Source of the DNA: Basidiobolus meristosporus CBS 931.73
Lineage: Eukaryota > Fungi > Basidiobolomycota
NCBI GenBank assembly: GCA_002104905.1
Contig: MCFE01000025.1
Span: 167,037 to 231,036, forward strand
Length of the DNA stretch: 64,000 nt
Direction: 5' to 3'
The notes under the pieces are model-generated. The model ran no database searches. It worked only from the letters and a program-made list of their open reading frames with translations, and was not told the DNA's origin. A program made the translations under genes and the position numbers. The first letter of the stretch is position 1. Every line of letters begins with the position of its first letter. Positions 36,196-48,425 of the stretch are shown one piece after another.

Positions 36196-36542
36196 TGTTG
36201 TAAGGGTTTTGGAGATATTGGAAGTGATTGGGAAAACAAGTGGATTATGTGGTTTTCACTCAATGACTATTTGATGTATAGGTGGTATTTATACTTTTAC
36301 ATGGTCTAGGCCGAAAAAACCCGTAGAAATGCTTAGGAAGGTCCCAAGAATATGCGAGCAAAGTTTGGGGCTGTTTGGATAACTTATCTAATTCTCATGT
36401 TCTGGATACCTGATATTTTAGTGAAAATACTCTAGGTAAATCCCGACAAGGAATTCGGTCAGTATTCTCTGAGATTTGTAGATGATGATCTAAGTGACTA
36501 AGTTAAGTGAATATTTAGGTGGAATTCCGAATTTTTACAACA
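36196..36542 (-). mobile_element. Full-length LTR nested in older LTR fragments (36130-36195 and 36550-36690)
   Basis: TGTTGTAAGGG...TTTTTACAACA with the family core motifs; no matching target-site duplication (ttcac vs gattc). Confidence 0.88.
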
Positions 36543-38531
36543 GATTCGAGTAGCGAAGTGAATATTAGGTGCACTAAAGAAAATACATAAGATAGAAAAC
36601 TCCAAACTCTGCATGCAAATGCTTGGAGCTATTCTAAATATACACTTCATGCTTACTTTGCCTAGAGTCAGTTGGCAAAAACCACTGTAAGTACTTGATT
36701 CATAGCCCAGTTCCACAGATGCCTTAAGGCTCTACCTATTGTTATACATATTTTGTCAGTTATTAGCCAGTTTTGGAATGTGGGAAGGTCCAGTAGTTAT
36801 AAAGGCTCTTGAAGCTCATTCAAAAGCCACAAGACTTGCGTACCACTTCCTTGGGCTCCTCTTGAAACATCCTTAGGTCTGTCAAAGCTCTCCAATATGC
36901 ACAAGTACTTTATTTGAACTCAATAAAGTACAAGTAAATATCATGTAATTTTCCATATTCTCCATATTACCTTCAGCATATCCAAGACTCTCATTGTAGT
37001 AGGAGGAGTCTTTTGAAGTAGTGTACGTTGTTTGGGACTTGTTGGACAGGCTTGAAAGCTTGGCAACCAAGAATAGGAATTAGTAAATAACGCACAAACT
37101 TAAGAGTAACTGGCATTTTGGTAATATATTCAAACTAAATTCCAACAAGAATTCAAGCTGGATATTCTAAGATTCGATCTGTGATTAAGTTGATGGAGTA
37201 TTTAGGCATAATTACGAAATTTACAACAAATGTATCCAGTTTGATAACGCCACATTACTGTGGCTTGGAAGTGAATTAGTAAACGATAATCAGTATAAAT
37301 TTGATTTGTGCATTTTCAAGTGATACAGATCTTCCACATACGCAGCAGGTTTAAATGAACAGCTGTAAGTTAGATCAAATATGAAATAATAACCTACATA
37401 TCATCCGGTGCCATACTAATTATATACGACTAGCGAAGCAATTTCCCAACAAAATTTGGCAGTTATGGTGTATGCGAGGGATGAATATATCAGACATAGA
37501 GCCCACAGACCTTGAACATTACGCCGCAAGGCCTGAGTGTTTGTGTTACTAAGTTCTGTTGCAAGTGTACGTTTACTCCATAAACTATTCAGTATAAGTC
37601 CCACTCTCCATCAATTATCTTGCATCTATAGGTCACAAAAAGTCAGAATATGCGCATGATACCTACATCAGTACACTATAGTTGAGACCTCATATAAGCA
37701 AGAGTACAGGCGCAGAGATCCAACGTTGAGCGCCTAGATCTTACTTGGTGTCAGTGCTTATCCGTGGTCTGAAAGCTAGCAAGGTTAGTATATTTTGCAC
37801 CTAACCCTCAATGCCCCATCAACACCAGCCTGTCAACGGTTCATTGGGATGACCTACATTAGCACGTGAATATTCCACAATTTGTATGGCCTATAGCTTC
37901 CTCAGATAATAATATTGAAGGATATCAACCATCGTGATGATCACATGCTTATTACCCCAACATCTACTTCCATATTTTAGCGGAATCTTCCATGGTTGAG
38001 CCCCCCCGCCTCCAACGTCCTTCATCTGCAAACACTGCCGTCTCTCACTATTCTGAAATGCAAATCACAAGCAACAAAATGTACGCATCTACAATACGGT
38101 ACCTCCACTAGCTAGGTTATACCAAGCACAAGTAAGATGGGTGTCTAAATCAGCCAATACTGATGCACACAAGGAGGATTTGGTTAGATGGCTGAACAGG
38201 AGAACAGATTTGAGGCCACATCCGGCTATTTAGTAGGATGGTTGTGGTGTGCTTCACAGATCGATTTCCAAACAATCTATTCCAGATGAGAATTTCCCTG
38301 CATGACTAGCATGAGATCAGTGATAATCTTGATCTATTACACACGACCAAGTTACGACAAATGAGGTTTATTCATTTTTTCTTGGAAAGTCTGAGCAACT
38401 CTTATCCTTTTCGGACCGGTGTTACGTGGTTAACCCTTGATTAGCATGGATGAGAATTTTTCGGCAGTCGGCATCCACGGGATTAATACTGGGTGAGAGA
38501 GGTTTGACTGATAAACCAGCAGGATCATCCG

Positions 38532-39362
38532 CTAAATCTTGGATTTCTGTAGCCGAGTGAACACGCCATCCAAGGATTTGATGGTGGTGGGATGGGTGAG
38601 CCTCTGGAATTTCTGGACTGCTTCCTCCTTCAATCTCTTTTCGTCCCCCCAGACCATTGAGAGTTCGTTACGCAAGGAGCTCTTGGTAGTATGCCTGCCA
38701 TCATCAGGTGTTTTCATCAGTTGAGCCATTATTTCCTCGGCTCTGGCAAGGGCCTCTTCCTCATTCTTCACCACTTCGTCAATAAGTCCCAGTTGCCTGG
38801 CTTGGCTGGCGTCCACCAGCGTACCAAACTGAAGTAGCTTGTCTGCACGGCCTTGCCCGATAACGGACGACATGAGCTGGATCCATGTTGTTGGAACCGG
38901 AATACCTAACGCAGCCTCATTCAAGCCAATGGTACCGTTTTCCGACATTACACGGAAATCGCAACATAGGGAGAGACAGCAGCCACCAGCTGGACAGGCT
39001 CCACGAATAGCGCAGATGGTGATGAGTTTTGTGCGATAGAGTCTAGCCAGGAACTGATTCGACATGGTGGTGAATGCGGTGTACCGCTCTAACGAGGTCC
39101 TGGGTGCGTAGAGCTCGTTAAGGTCATTACCAGCCGTGAAAACCGAGCGACGGAGTCCTGAGCAAAAGATTACACCACGCACTTGAGAATTGCCCTCCAG
39201 TGCCTCCAGTACATCGAGCAGCTGTGTCCAAACATCCAAGTTCATGGAGTTGACCGGCTCCCGTTTGATCGTGACCACAGCATAGCCATTTGTTTTGACA
39301 TCAGTATGAATATATTTGGGCATCAGGTAGGATGTTGCTGCATTGATCCATGCCAGCAACAT
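38532..39362 (-). CDS. 3,2-trans-enoyl-CoA isomerase (crotonase superfamily, ECI1-like)
   Basis: REPVNSMNL, VFTAGNDLNELY, AIRGACPAGGCCLSLCCDFRVM, IGLNEAALGI, A.QLGLIDEVV. Confidence 0.9.
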   Translation of the reverse strand: MLLAWINAATSYLMPKYIHTDVKTNGYAVVTIKREPVNSMNLDVWTQLLDVLEALEGNSQVRGVIFCSGLRRSVFTAGNDLNELYAPRTSLERYTAFTTMSNQFLARLYRTKLITICAIRGACPAGGCCLSLCCDFRVMSENGTIGLNEAALGIPVPTTWIQLMSSVIGQGRADKLLQFGTLVDASQARQLGLIDEVVKNEEEALARAEEIMAQLMKTPDDGRHTTKSSLRNELSMVWGDEKRLKEEAVQKFQRLTHPTTIKSLDGVFTRLQKSKI

Positions 39363-40523
39363 GGTTTTATGGTTTATTACCTACTGGTTGATGGGCAATC
39401 ATGTGGCAATTCCAATTGTCCGAAGGCCCCAGTTTTCCCATCCATGAAATCAATGAATCCTATTTATCAGCGTTGGTCTGCATCTATTTGCGATGTTCTA
39501 ACTTGATCCAACCTTGAGTAATGTAAATTAAAACCATTTCATGGATATCGGAACTCTACCCGACAGCATTGTGTTCTTGTTTCTCCTAACCTGTTACTGC
39601 GGAGGGGGTGTATGCCACTGTTACAGGCGAAAAGATCAGCTGATCACGGTAGGGAATCGGAACATTGAAATCCAAGGAAATTAGCAAGACCCAAGCCATT
39701 AGTACCACGAAAGCGTACTATCTCTCCAAACCATTAGTACCACGAGAGTGTGCCGTCCATATTAGATTCTTTTAAGCGGGGAGGAGATTCGGTTTCAGCA
39801 GGAGGCGAAAATGGTGTGTAACCGACATGAATTTCACATGAGCCCATTGCAGTAAGAAGCTTGTCACATTTCTAGTTTCACCCGAATTTTAGATCTCCTC
39901 ATACACGTCATGATCCAGTTAGTAGAAGGCAGATCTCTCGCTCATAACCCACGGATCGGCATGATTCCTATTTGATGCTCACATTGTTATGATAGTGCAA
40001 CTGATGGCGTGACCTTGGCCGTCTAACCGTTACACGCCATAATATTGCTTCGATCACTGACTCTGGTTCGTTGCTTGGTGGAGTGTGGTAATAATGGCCG
40101 GGCTTTAGCGAATCATCGCTGAGGGTTTATATCACTCGAACTCTCTCACCAATTGGGAAATCTTGGGTGAAACGGGACCCTTAATTTGACGAGCTATGGC
40201 AGATGAAGGTATTTAAGCGTATTTCCTGATCGAATGGAGTATTCAATTTTCCTCATTTGCCATTTTCCCTCAACTACGTAGCAAATTCTTGCTTGGCCAG
40301 TTCGCAACATATCCTTCATTCTTTATTCTTGGATCGCACTGCCATTATCCCTGAGCCACTTCGATGTTGTCTCCCAGAGAATCACAAGAAGACTCACTTT
40401 CTGACTCGTCCAAATGTAGTTATCAAGATATTTCGGGCGAAGGTGGGTAAAAGTTGCTTTTCATTCCTATCTACATAGACGATACTGACCCAGTAGCTTA
40501 AAGAATCTGTTCCTAGCCCAGAG

Positions 40524-41618
40524 ATGCAGCCAGAAGAGTCACCTGTATCCATGGAGCCGCCACAGAAAAAGAAACCCGGCCGGAAGCCGAACCCAGCCTC
40601 TCCAGCCTTACGTAAGGCACAGAACCGAGCAGCACAACGGGCATTTCGCGAACGTAAAGAGAAGCACCTAAAGGAACTTGAGGCATGTGTCAAGGAGTTA
40701 CGTGATAATCAGCATAAAGTACACAACGAACTTCGCCGAGAGAATCAAAAACTACGCTATCTGATTCAAATACTGAAAAATGACAATGTGCAGTTACGGA
40801 GTATTGTCTCGAGCTTTAATACCTCATTGGTGTCGGCACCTACCGCCGCAGTCATATCACACCCTGAGAAGAATATCCACAGCAATATCTTCCCGACTAC
40901 CACCAGCATGGGGAACGAAAATGGCGCAGTGATTGCTCCCGTGCCATTGTCGAGTAGTTGTGCCCCAAGCGCTAACACACGGAGTGGATTCTCATCGTTG
41001 TCTTACGAGTTTGATGAAAATCTAAGCCTCTATGATGGTTCGTGCATTTCGGAAATGGATTATACCACCACTTCGCCATGTGCAAGCTTGCTATCTGAGT
41101 TCAGCCTAATTGAGGGTAGCGACAAACCGTGTTTCACGATCAGTGAAAAAATGCCAAATACAGAACTAGATGACAAAGTCCAAAGCCTCCTCCTAAACGG
41201 TGGCTTTTTACCAGTATTTCCAGATGGGATTACTCTCACCATTCCTCCACCCGACTTTAGCCGTATCAATGGCGGAATCGCTATGAATCTAATACCGGAA
41301 AGTCGCGAGCCCAAGTATATGTTCAGCGAGTATGACCCCCGGATAGATCGCGTACCAAGTGAAAGGCTGAAAGAGCTAATGATAGAGCAACAAGGAAACT
41401 ACGACGCTGATGAATTGTGGGAGCTCTTCTCAACCAAAGCCATTTGCCATGGTAACCCTCAAGATCCCTCAGCGTGGGAGCTTCCTGACGAATTCTATAC
41501 TCGATTCCCAATGCTTGTGGATCCTGCCTTGAAAACGAGGGAGAGAATGCGCACGGCGTGGTGGAGACTGAACAGCCGTATCCGAACATCGGAGAAAGCT
41601 CGAGCATGCAGTTTTTAA
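40524..41618 (+). CDS. Yap/AP-1-type bZIP transcription factor with a conserved C-terminal domain (DUF3425-like); may have upstream exons
   Basis: KKPGRKP..RKAQNRAAQRAFRERKEKHLKELE plus a leucine zipper. C-terminal DPRIDRVP...YDADEL...HGNPQDPSAWELPDEFYTRFPML. Confidence 0.88.
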   Translation: MQPEESPVSMEPPQKKKPGRKPNPASPALRKAQNRAAQRAFRERKEKHLKELEACVKELRDNQHKVHNELRRENQKLRYLIQILKNDNVQLRSIVSSFNTSLVSAPTAAVISHPEKNIHSNIFPTTTSMGNENGAVIAPVPLSSSCAPSANTRSGFSSLSYEFDENLSLYDGSCISEMDYTTTSPCASLLSEFSLIEGSDKPCFTISEKMPNTELDDKVQSLLLNGGFLPVFPDGITLTIPPPDFSRINGGIAMNLIPESREPKYMFSEYDPRIDRVPSERLKELMIEQQGNYDADELWELFSTKAICHGNPQDPSAWELPDEFYTRFPMLVDPALKTRERMRTAWWRLNSRIRTSEKARACSF

Positions 41619-42345
41619 ATAACGGAGTCGCTACCTTTTGAGCGCGGCTTGCTACATAGTTCTCTCACATTCATTAATTTACGAAAGTCGACATTTCACT
41701 TGCATTTCCCCAGGTGTAATTGTACATTTATTTGGTTTTCTTGTATATTATCTTGGTTTATCACTGATTAAGCCTGTCTAGTTTTGGTGCTTTAGCTGGT
41801 TGCACTCACACCTGCATGAGAATAAATGCCGCCAAAACTTTATCACTACATATAAGGCTGATGTTCCACTAAAGTAATACTAGTGTGCTGGAACAAACAG
41901 ACCTCCAAATGTTTAGCCACCCATAGATTAGCCAGGGAAATTTCAAGGTTACATATCCCCCACTTTAAACGGAACTAAATAGTGGAATATGAGCACTTTT
42001 CAGGTGGTACGGTGCCATAAAGATGATTTCTGGAACAGTCGTATCTACCGATCCCGCAGGTCGACGTCAGCAACAGTAACGGTGCACTTGGTTGAAACAG
42101 CAAGGAAGTGATACTGGTGGTGCCCGAAAGGGACTCGAGGATTTATTGTAATACCAGGATCATTATATTATATATTAGTCACCACTGAGGAAAGTAGCGA
42201 GGACGGCAAAATGTTCTATGAGTGGGTTTCGTATATTGAAATGATCAAATCTCAATGGGGATACTGAAGTGGGAATACTCCCCTCAGCAAGGATGCTGAG
42301 CATATTCATTCGTGAGATAATTTACAAAAGAGGGAGAAGTCAATC

Positions 42346-43636
42346 TCATAACAAGCCACACTGTCGAAGATTATTTTGAATAAGGATGTCGTTGACTGCA
42401 GTCATGACAAACTTGATTTGCTGTGTATCCGTGGCGCAGGTAAAGTGGGTGTAGATTGTCTTGGCGTTGGTCTGATTCAACGATTTGAAACAGTTGGTGA
42501 TGAACTCACACGCTTTATCGAAGTCCTCCCCGCCTAAGAAGGCATTGTTAATCTCACATTGCAACATGCGGCCCAGAACAGTTCAGCCACTCACCATCAT
42601 AGTCCAAAAAGTAGTCGCTCATCGGAGAGGAAATAAGTTTCTCTCTAAACAGATCAATCTTGTTTAGAAATAGGATGACCGAGGTTTTAATGAACCAGCG
42701 CGAATTGCATATGGAGTCGAATAGCGTGAGGGCTTCTTGCATACGATTCTACAGTACAGATCTGAGTTACCACCTTGTTTGGGCTGAGCGCCATGGTGCC
42801 CTACTTACCACTGTATCGTCTTCAATAAGGTTCTGGTCATATTCACTGATGGCAACCATAAATACAATGGCGGTAACATTTTCAAAGCAATGGATCCACT
42901 TTTTCCGCTCCGAACGTTGGCCGCCGACATCCAGCATTCGATAGGTCATATCACCCATAGTGAAGACTGTCTCGGTCATGCCGGTGGTTTTGACTCGGGA
43001 GCGTAGCACGTCCTGGTCATTGGGGATGTAGGTAGGGTGTCCAATTCGCTCGATCGAGTCGAAATAACTGGGCTTGGTTAGTGTGATGCCCAGAAATGAT
43101 ACGTATCTTGCCTACTTACTACTTAGCCGAGTCATTCAGTTGGTACTCTCGCGAACGATGGAAGCACAGTCGTACTCCTTCGTCGGCCCAGAGACATTTT
43201 ATGGCCTCGGTGATCTCTGCCGGCAGTGTCTCTCCCTCGATCTGCTCAGGAAGCTCCATGATGATGTGCATGTATATGTGACTCTTTTCATCCGCGAATG
43301 GAATATCCATGATGTCCATCGCTTCCAGAATGACCCTCATGGATTGTGCGGTATTCGAAAAGATCACTTCTCTGAATGCCTCTTTTTCGTCGATACTGTA
43401 ACCTCCCTCGTGGATTAACTTCATCTGTTTAATTAAGGTGCTCTTGCCGGATTCGCCAGCGCCTATGGTGCATAGGTTAGTGCATAACTACCAAGGAAGT
43501 CACTCAAATACTGCCTACCCAGGAGCAACATCTTTACTTCCTTTTTCTGTAGAGTCCGATCCTGCTTAAGTTGATTTTCAATGACTTCATTGGCTCGCTT
43601 GCCGTCAACTTCTTCTTGGCTAACACAACAACCCAT
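42346..43636 (-). CDS. GPA1: Heterotrimeric G-protein alpha subunit, group I (Gi-like)
   Basis: MGCCVS (myristoyl/palmitoyl N-terminus), [43 protein letters not shown], and a C-terminal CGLL (pertussis-toxin-type site). Canonical introns. Confidence 0.95.
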
Positions 43637-45679
43637 TCTTACGAAATTGATTTTCTACGTGCGACTGGATACAAGTGAGAGTACCAAGGAAACTGGTACG
43701 AGGGCTTTTGGGAATAAGTCTGGACCTGAGCGAAACAAAGGGTTCAAAGCAGTATTTATAGAGATTTCTCAGTTGCAGGGGATTTGAGGAGTAGATAAGA
43801 GGGAGAAATGAAGGTCAGCCATTAGTGAGATCGCAGAGGTTCTTGTATTTAGTGCCGAGAATGCCTATGTATCTGATGTGATGTATACTTACGTGGAGTT
43901 GCATTCTACTGCTATATTACTAAATATGGGTTCAAAATCTGCGAATTTTCCAATGGCTGTATTGAGTGGTCAACAACCTCAGATGGGAGCATAAGCTGGA
44001 TTGATGGACATATTGGCTTTCAATATCTCACCCAACCACCGCTTTGACCACGAATTTCTGGCCACATAAAACTCCATAGTGATTCTACTGCATTCCAATG
44101 TGAGGTGCTGCCCATAATGGTCCAGCGTCAACTCAATACCGACCTTGACATGACTCCAAACCGCACAGTTGAACCAGCACACAGTGTCTCAAGTCTCTTC
44201 CAATATCCATGAGGTGGTGTAGTTGGCAGTCAAGTCTCCTCCAATCTCCATCGATGCCGTACGTAATGAAAATGTACTCCAACAACCATTTACATAGTTG
44301 GTAATGATGCTACCCCATATGCTGAGCTTAATTGGATTCAGGCGCTAACTAGCTATAGAGGCACTTTTGTTGCTATCAACTGTACGGAACACGCATCATT
44401 ACATCTTTATCAGTTGAAAGGTTCCCCGAATTAGGGAATTAATCAGAAAACATTTTGAGGAAGCACACCGTTCTGATTTCTCCTAAAAGCTGCACGGTCA
44501 CTGCGTTTACTCATAAAAGCGGTGCATATTTGAATTTACAGGGTTAGCGGGATGAATGAAAACATTGATTCGACAATAATATCTCTAATCATGTGAGTTG
44601 GTAACGGTAACAATATGCTAGGTAATAGTAAAGCGTACGGTAACTATGCGCCAGATAATGGTGAGGTGTACGGTGAATGACACCCCATGAAACTTGGAAA
44701 ATGCCTGGACTATTGGACATTACCATACAACCCTGCGTCTGTACAGTTCCTATAATAAGAACGAGTGGGAACATACAGTAGGGAGCAGTGCCTTTGCTCG
44801 TTACCATCCAATTCCGCGACACAACAGCACAAAGTCCACGTTGATACTTTGAAGATGTGAAACCAACGACAATCATTGTTTCAGAATCGATGATTTTCGG
44901 AGGTAAGCTAGCTGAGCTAATTTGTTAACGCAGTAATGATTTTGATTCAATATTACAGAGATAAGGGTTTAAACTCCTATACGCAAACCAGAGTCCTGAA
45001 ACCAAGGAATAACACTTAAAAGATAAAAAGTGTGGCCATAAGTACAAATTAGTCTATATGTTTCAAATGCATCAAGTGTAGAGAAATGCTGGCCAATTAC
45101 AACAGGTGAGACTATAGTGCGTTTACCAGCCTTCGCATTTGGAAGGAATGATTGCTAGTGCGCTGCATTAATTGAAAACAAAATAATGAGGAGTTGCTAA
45201 CAGATCACAATTAACCAGTTGATTGTAAGTTTTTAGGTGTGGATGTTGTAACATAGATCAGATAAAGTTTGTAAGAATAGCATGGCATGGAATAAGACTG
45301 TTGAAGTACATTCCTGGTACTTAGGTCTAGGCAAGTATGGCAGTACACATTTTGGCTGAAATAAACCATCAGGGCCAATCTGTCACATGAATCTGCAGTA
45401 TTCAAGTTGATGTTTTGCACCATAGAGCTATCTTCAATATCATTATAGGTAGGTACAATTAGTAAGTGTCTTTTCGGGAAAGTATTGCAGGATGATAATC
45501 AACAAAGGGTGAAATCTGCATGTAATAGCACAAATAAAGAAGCCAAGTTAGAATATAGATATCTGGAGTGCAGAAAGCCTACAAGATGAGCATGGGCTTT
45601 ACTGTTTGCTAAATATCCTTTATATCAAAGTCAAGTAGAGAAGGGACTAAGACTGCTTGTTCATGTTGTAAGACAAGGC

Positions 45680-45720
45680 AAGAGAGAGAGAGAGGGGAGA
45701 GAAGAGAGGAGAGAGAAAAG
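45680..45720 (+). repeat. (GA)n-rich polypurine microsatellite
   Basis: aagagagagagagaggggagagaagagaggagagagaaaag. Confidence 0.9.
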
Positions 45721-46549
45721 ACAACTGCATGAAATTTTACTTGTAGGTTTATTGTGTTGAAACATTCACCAACTACCAGGGCCATATGAGACTGATGCTT
45801 CCAACTTCCCCTGCTGGTGTAAATTGACCAGCGGGACGTTGGCCTATCGGATAAAGCATGGACCGTGTTTACTTTGGAATTTCAACATTTCGCTTTATCC
45901 ATCCTGGGTATCGAGGGCGTCAACACCATTTAGCTATACACAAATTTATAGCAATATTCATTATTCAGGACCTATAGGTAACTGATGTGGAATCATCGAT
46001 TTATATCAAGGAGAATCTAGAAGCGCGTATTTTCATCACCTGCAATACCGGAATACTCCCTAACGGGTATGAACACTACGAGCTTGTAAATGAGTATCAA
46101 GAGGGATCCACAAGAAGATCTGGTCATCAATATGAATGAGGATTTGTAATAGCAAAACCACCCCACTTTGGGGATAAACCCAAGCAGGTTGACCTTGAGA
46201 ATGAGTATGAAAGAGCTATTGCGCACAGAAAGGGCTAACAGCACTACCCGAACCAGACCTGCTTTATTGCCAATAAAGGTCTGCTTATGTGAGCTTCTTG
46301 CCTCTTCTTTTTAAACACTGAAACTGTTTGTTTTACAAAATTTTAGGCGATATCTATGTTTGATTTCATCCCCATCAAGGTACCCCGATAGATTCAAACT
46401 TTTGGAAAGGCTGGAAATAACATCAAAAGTCTTGTAATCGGGTTTGAGCGTATACTTTATAATTCGTCACGGGCATGGGCAGGAGTTTCCTACACAAACA
46501 TGGATGTTGAGGATATTGGGAAAATGAATGGTATGCTATAAATAAAGGT

Positions 46550-46622
46550 GGCCTCGTAGCTCAGTGGATAGAGCGTCCGCCTCCTAAGCGGAAGGTCCCA
46601 GGTTCGACCCCTGGCTTGGTTA
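46550..46622 (+). tRNA. tRNA-Arg(CCU), intronless, with a defective acceptor stem
   Basis: D arm GCTC/GAGC; anticodon arm TCCGC-CTCCTAA-GCGGA (CCT at 46583-46585); T arm CCAGG-TTCGACC-CCTGG; T4 run after the 3' end. Acceptor GGCCTCG/CTTGGTT has 2 mismatches and 2 G-U pairs. Confidence 0.85.
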
Positions 46623-46829
46623 ATTTTAGCGATTGCAATACCGGCTTTCTGACTGTATACTTTGCGAAGTTGTTCTATATGTTTAGTTTAGCATAAGAGT
46701 TGGCACTACTTCTGATTTGTGACATTGAGAATCAAAACCTGCGCTAGTAATATCTTTTCAATACCACTGATCAACATTTATATGAATTGTTGAAATAAGC
46801 AAAAATAGAAGTGTATGCCTCAATTTTCG

Positions 46830-47390
46830 CATCTCAGCATATGCCCATCCTTAACATGTCTTCAATCAGTTTGTGTTCACAACTTGAGGGCGTATCAACC
46901 TGATTCTAAAATACACAAACAAGTAACATACCTGTTGGCCTTATCTTTTAAGCTTAGCAAAGGTTTTAAAGTATTTAAAGGCGCATCCATTGCTATTTTA
47001 GCCCTCTGAATATTGCTTACAAGTATTCTCTGAGTGAATAATGGTGTCCCCCAATAAATGGTATAAATTGAGGTTTTGCAGAAATACATAGCTTTCAACA
47101 CTTATCACCCAGCTTTGGTACCAAGATCTCTGTGCAGGCTAGTCCTTAGCTTGAGTGTATCCTTTAGACATCAATACTGCCTGGGATTGCTGAATAGAGC
47201 CATCACCCCTATCTGCCTTCAATCTGCTTTTGGTTGATTGGTAACTTCACTAAGCACCTGACTGATAATTGGGTTGGGCCAGATACTCCACAGCCATTGC
47301 AAATCTCCAAACCTTTGTCCCTGGGCTGTGTTGAGTTAAGTCCACCATTTGGGACTTGACAGTCTTGACTGAATAGGTAGGCCAAATTTT
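46830..47390 (-). mobile_element. Decayed non-LTR (L1-like LINE) reverse-transcriptase C-terminal fragment
   Basis: 'TIYWGTPLFTQRIL...KI...L..LKPLLSLKDK' resembles the L1-type YLGxPL...KI..L..W..LLSLxGR region. Many stops; truncated by the LTR at 47401. Confidence 0.45.
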
Positions 47391-47400
47391 GACACTCAGT

Positions 47401-47590
47401 TGTTGTAAGAGCTTTGGGAATATTAGCAGTGATTAGGTGAACAAGCAGATTAAGTGGTTTTCACTCAGTGATTGATTGAATGTAAGAGTAGTGTTTCTAC
47501 TTTTGCAGGGTCTTAGCAAAAAAAATACCCAGAATGAGCTATGGAAGGTCCCAAGAGCATGTGTACACAGTGTAGGGCTCTTTGGACAGT
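47401..47590 (-). mobile_element. Truncated LTR of the same copia family
   Basis: TGTTGTAAGAGCTTTGGGAATATT...GGAAGGTCCCAAGAGC...TTTGGACA, then the similarity ends. Confidence 0.85.
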
Positions 47591-48425
47591 TACAAAATGT
47601 ACAACATTATTAAAATAGTAACTCAGGCTATTTCCAACCATTTTAGAAGCTCTGCTTTATGCTGGTTGGGCTTTGAGAAGGTTTGGAGTTTTAGTACACA
47701 AGCAACCCCTGAGCTAGCTCAGCTTCTTTACTTTTGAATTTTAGAGCCCATTGGACTTATTTTCACCACAATAGCCCAAAAATATGCATTCACACTGTTT
47801 GGGACCAATTTCAACTGGTTGTTTTCATGTATGTCAAGCAATCAACTAAAATGGAATCAAATAACCCGAGGTACTTGAATACCATGTCTCGAATGGGACA
47901 GAACCATGAAGTGTTCTGTTAAAACTCGATTTTTTAAGGTACGCAGCTATAGCAACAGGTTCTACCCTAACATCTTACCAAATCAATGGGGGAATATTCT
48001 TATTGAATCTCCCAGTCTAGTTTGGATGTTGACACCCACGGTTTGCGTGACGTAGATACCTATGACTTCATGTAATTGGTTAAGTTACACAACACTGGAT
48101 GATTTCGGGTATGGGTTATGTTAGCTAATCTTGTCACTAATCCATAATCATCACCGGATTTCATGTTCAGTTTGGTAAATCCGGCATTAAATTCATAAAT
48201 TTCGGACACTTCGGAAAATCTAACATTAAGTTCACAAATATTAGACTCTATGTACTATCACGTCACGCCGGTATGACATCTTCGATGTGTAAGTATCCGT
48301 CCCAATATATCAAGTTTTTTACGCTCAGTTTGTATGCGCATGCTAATCTCTGCAACATATAAGCCGGCTTCATTTGTCCATAACAACTCATCAAATTCCC
48401 TGCCTAGTTCCAATCTCACACAACA

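Noticed and set aside
37980-38260. 'FICKHCRLSLF' CxxC fragment resembling a zinc-binding motif
   Set aside because: Immediately followed by a stop, with no supporting exon structure; likely chance or unidentifiable debris.
43950-46300. Short ORFs and protein-like fragments upstream of the G-alpha gene
   Set aside because: All under 100 aa with stops in every frame, and no family could be recognised.
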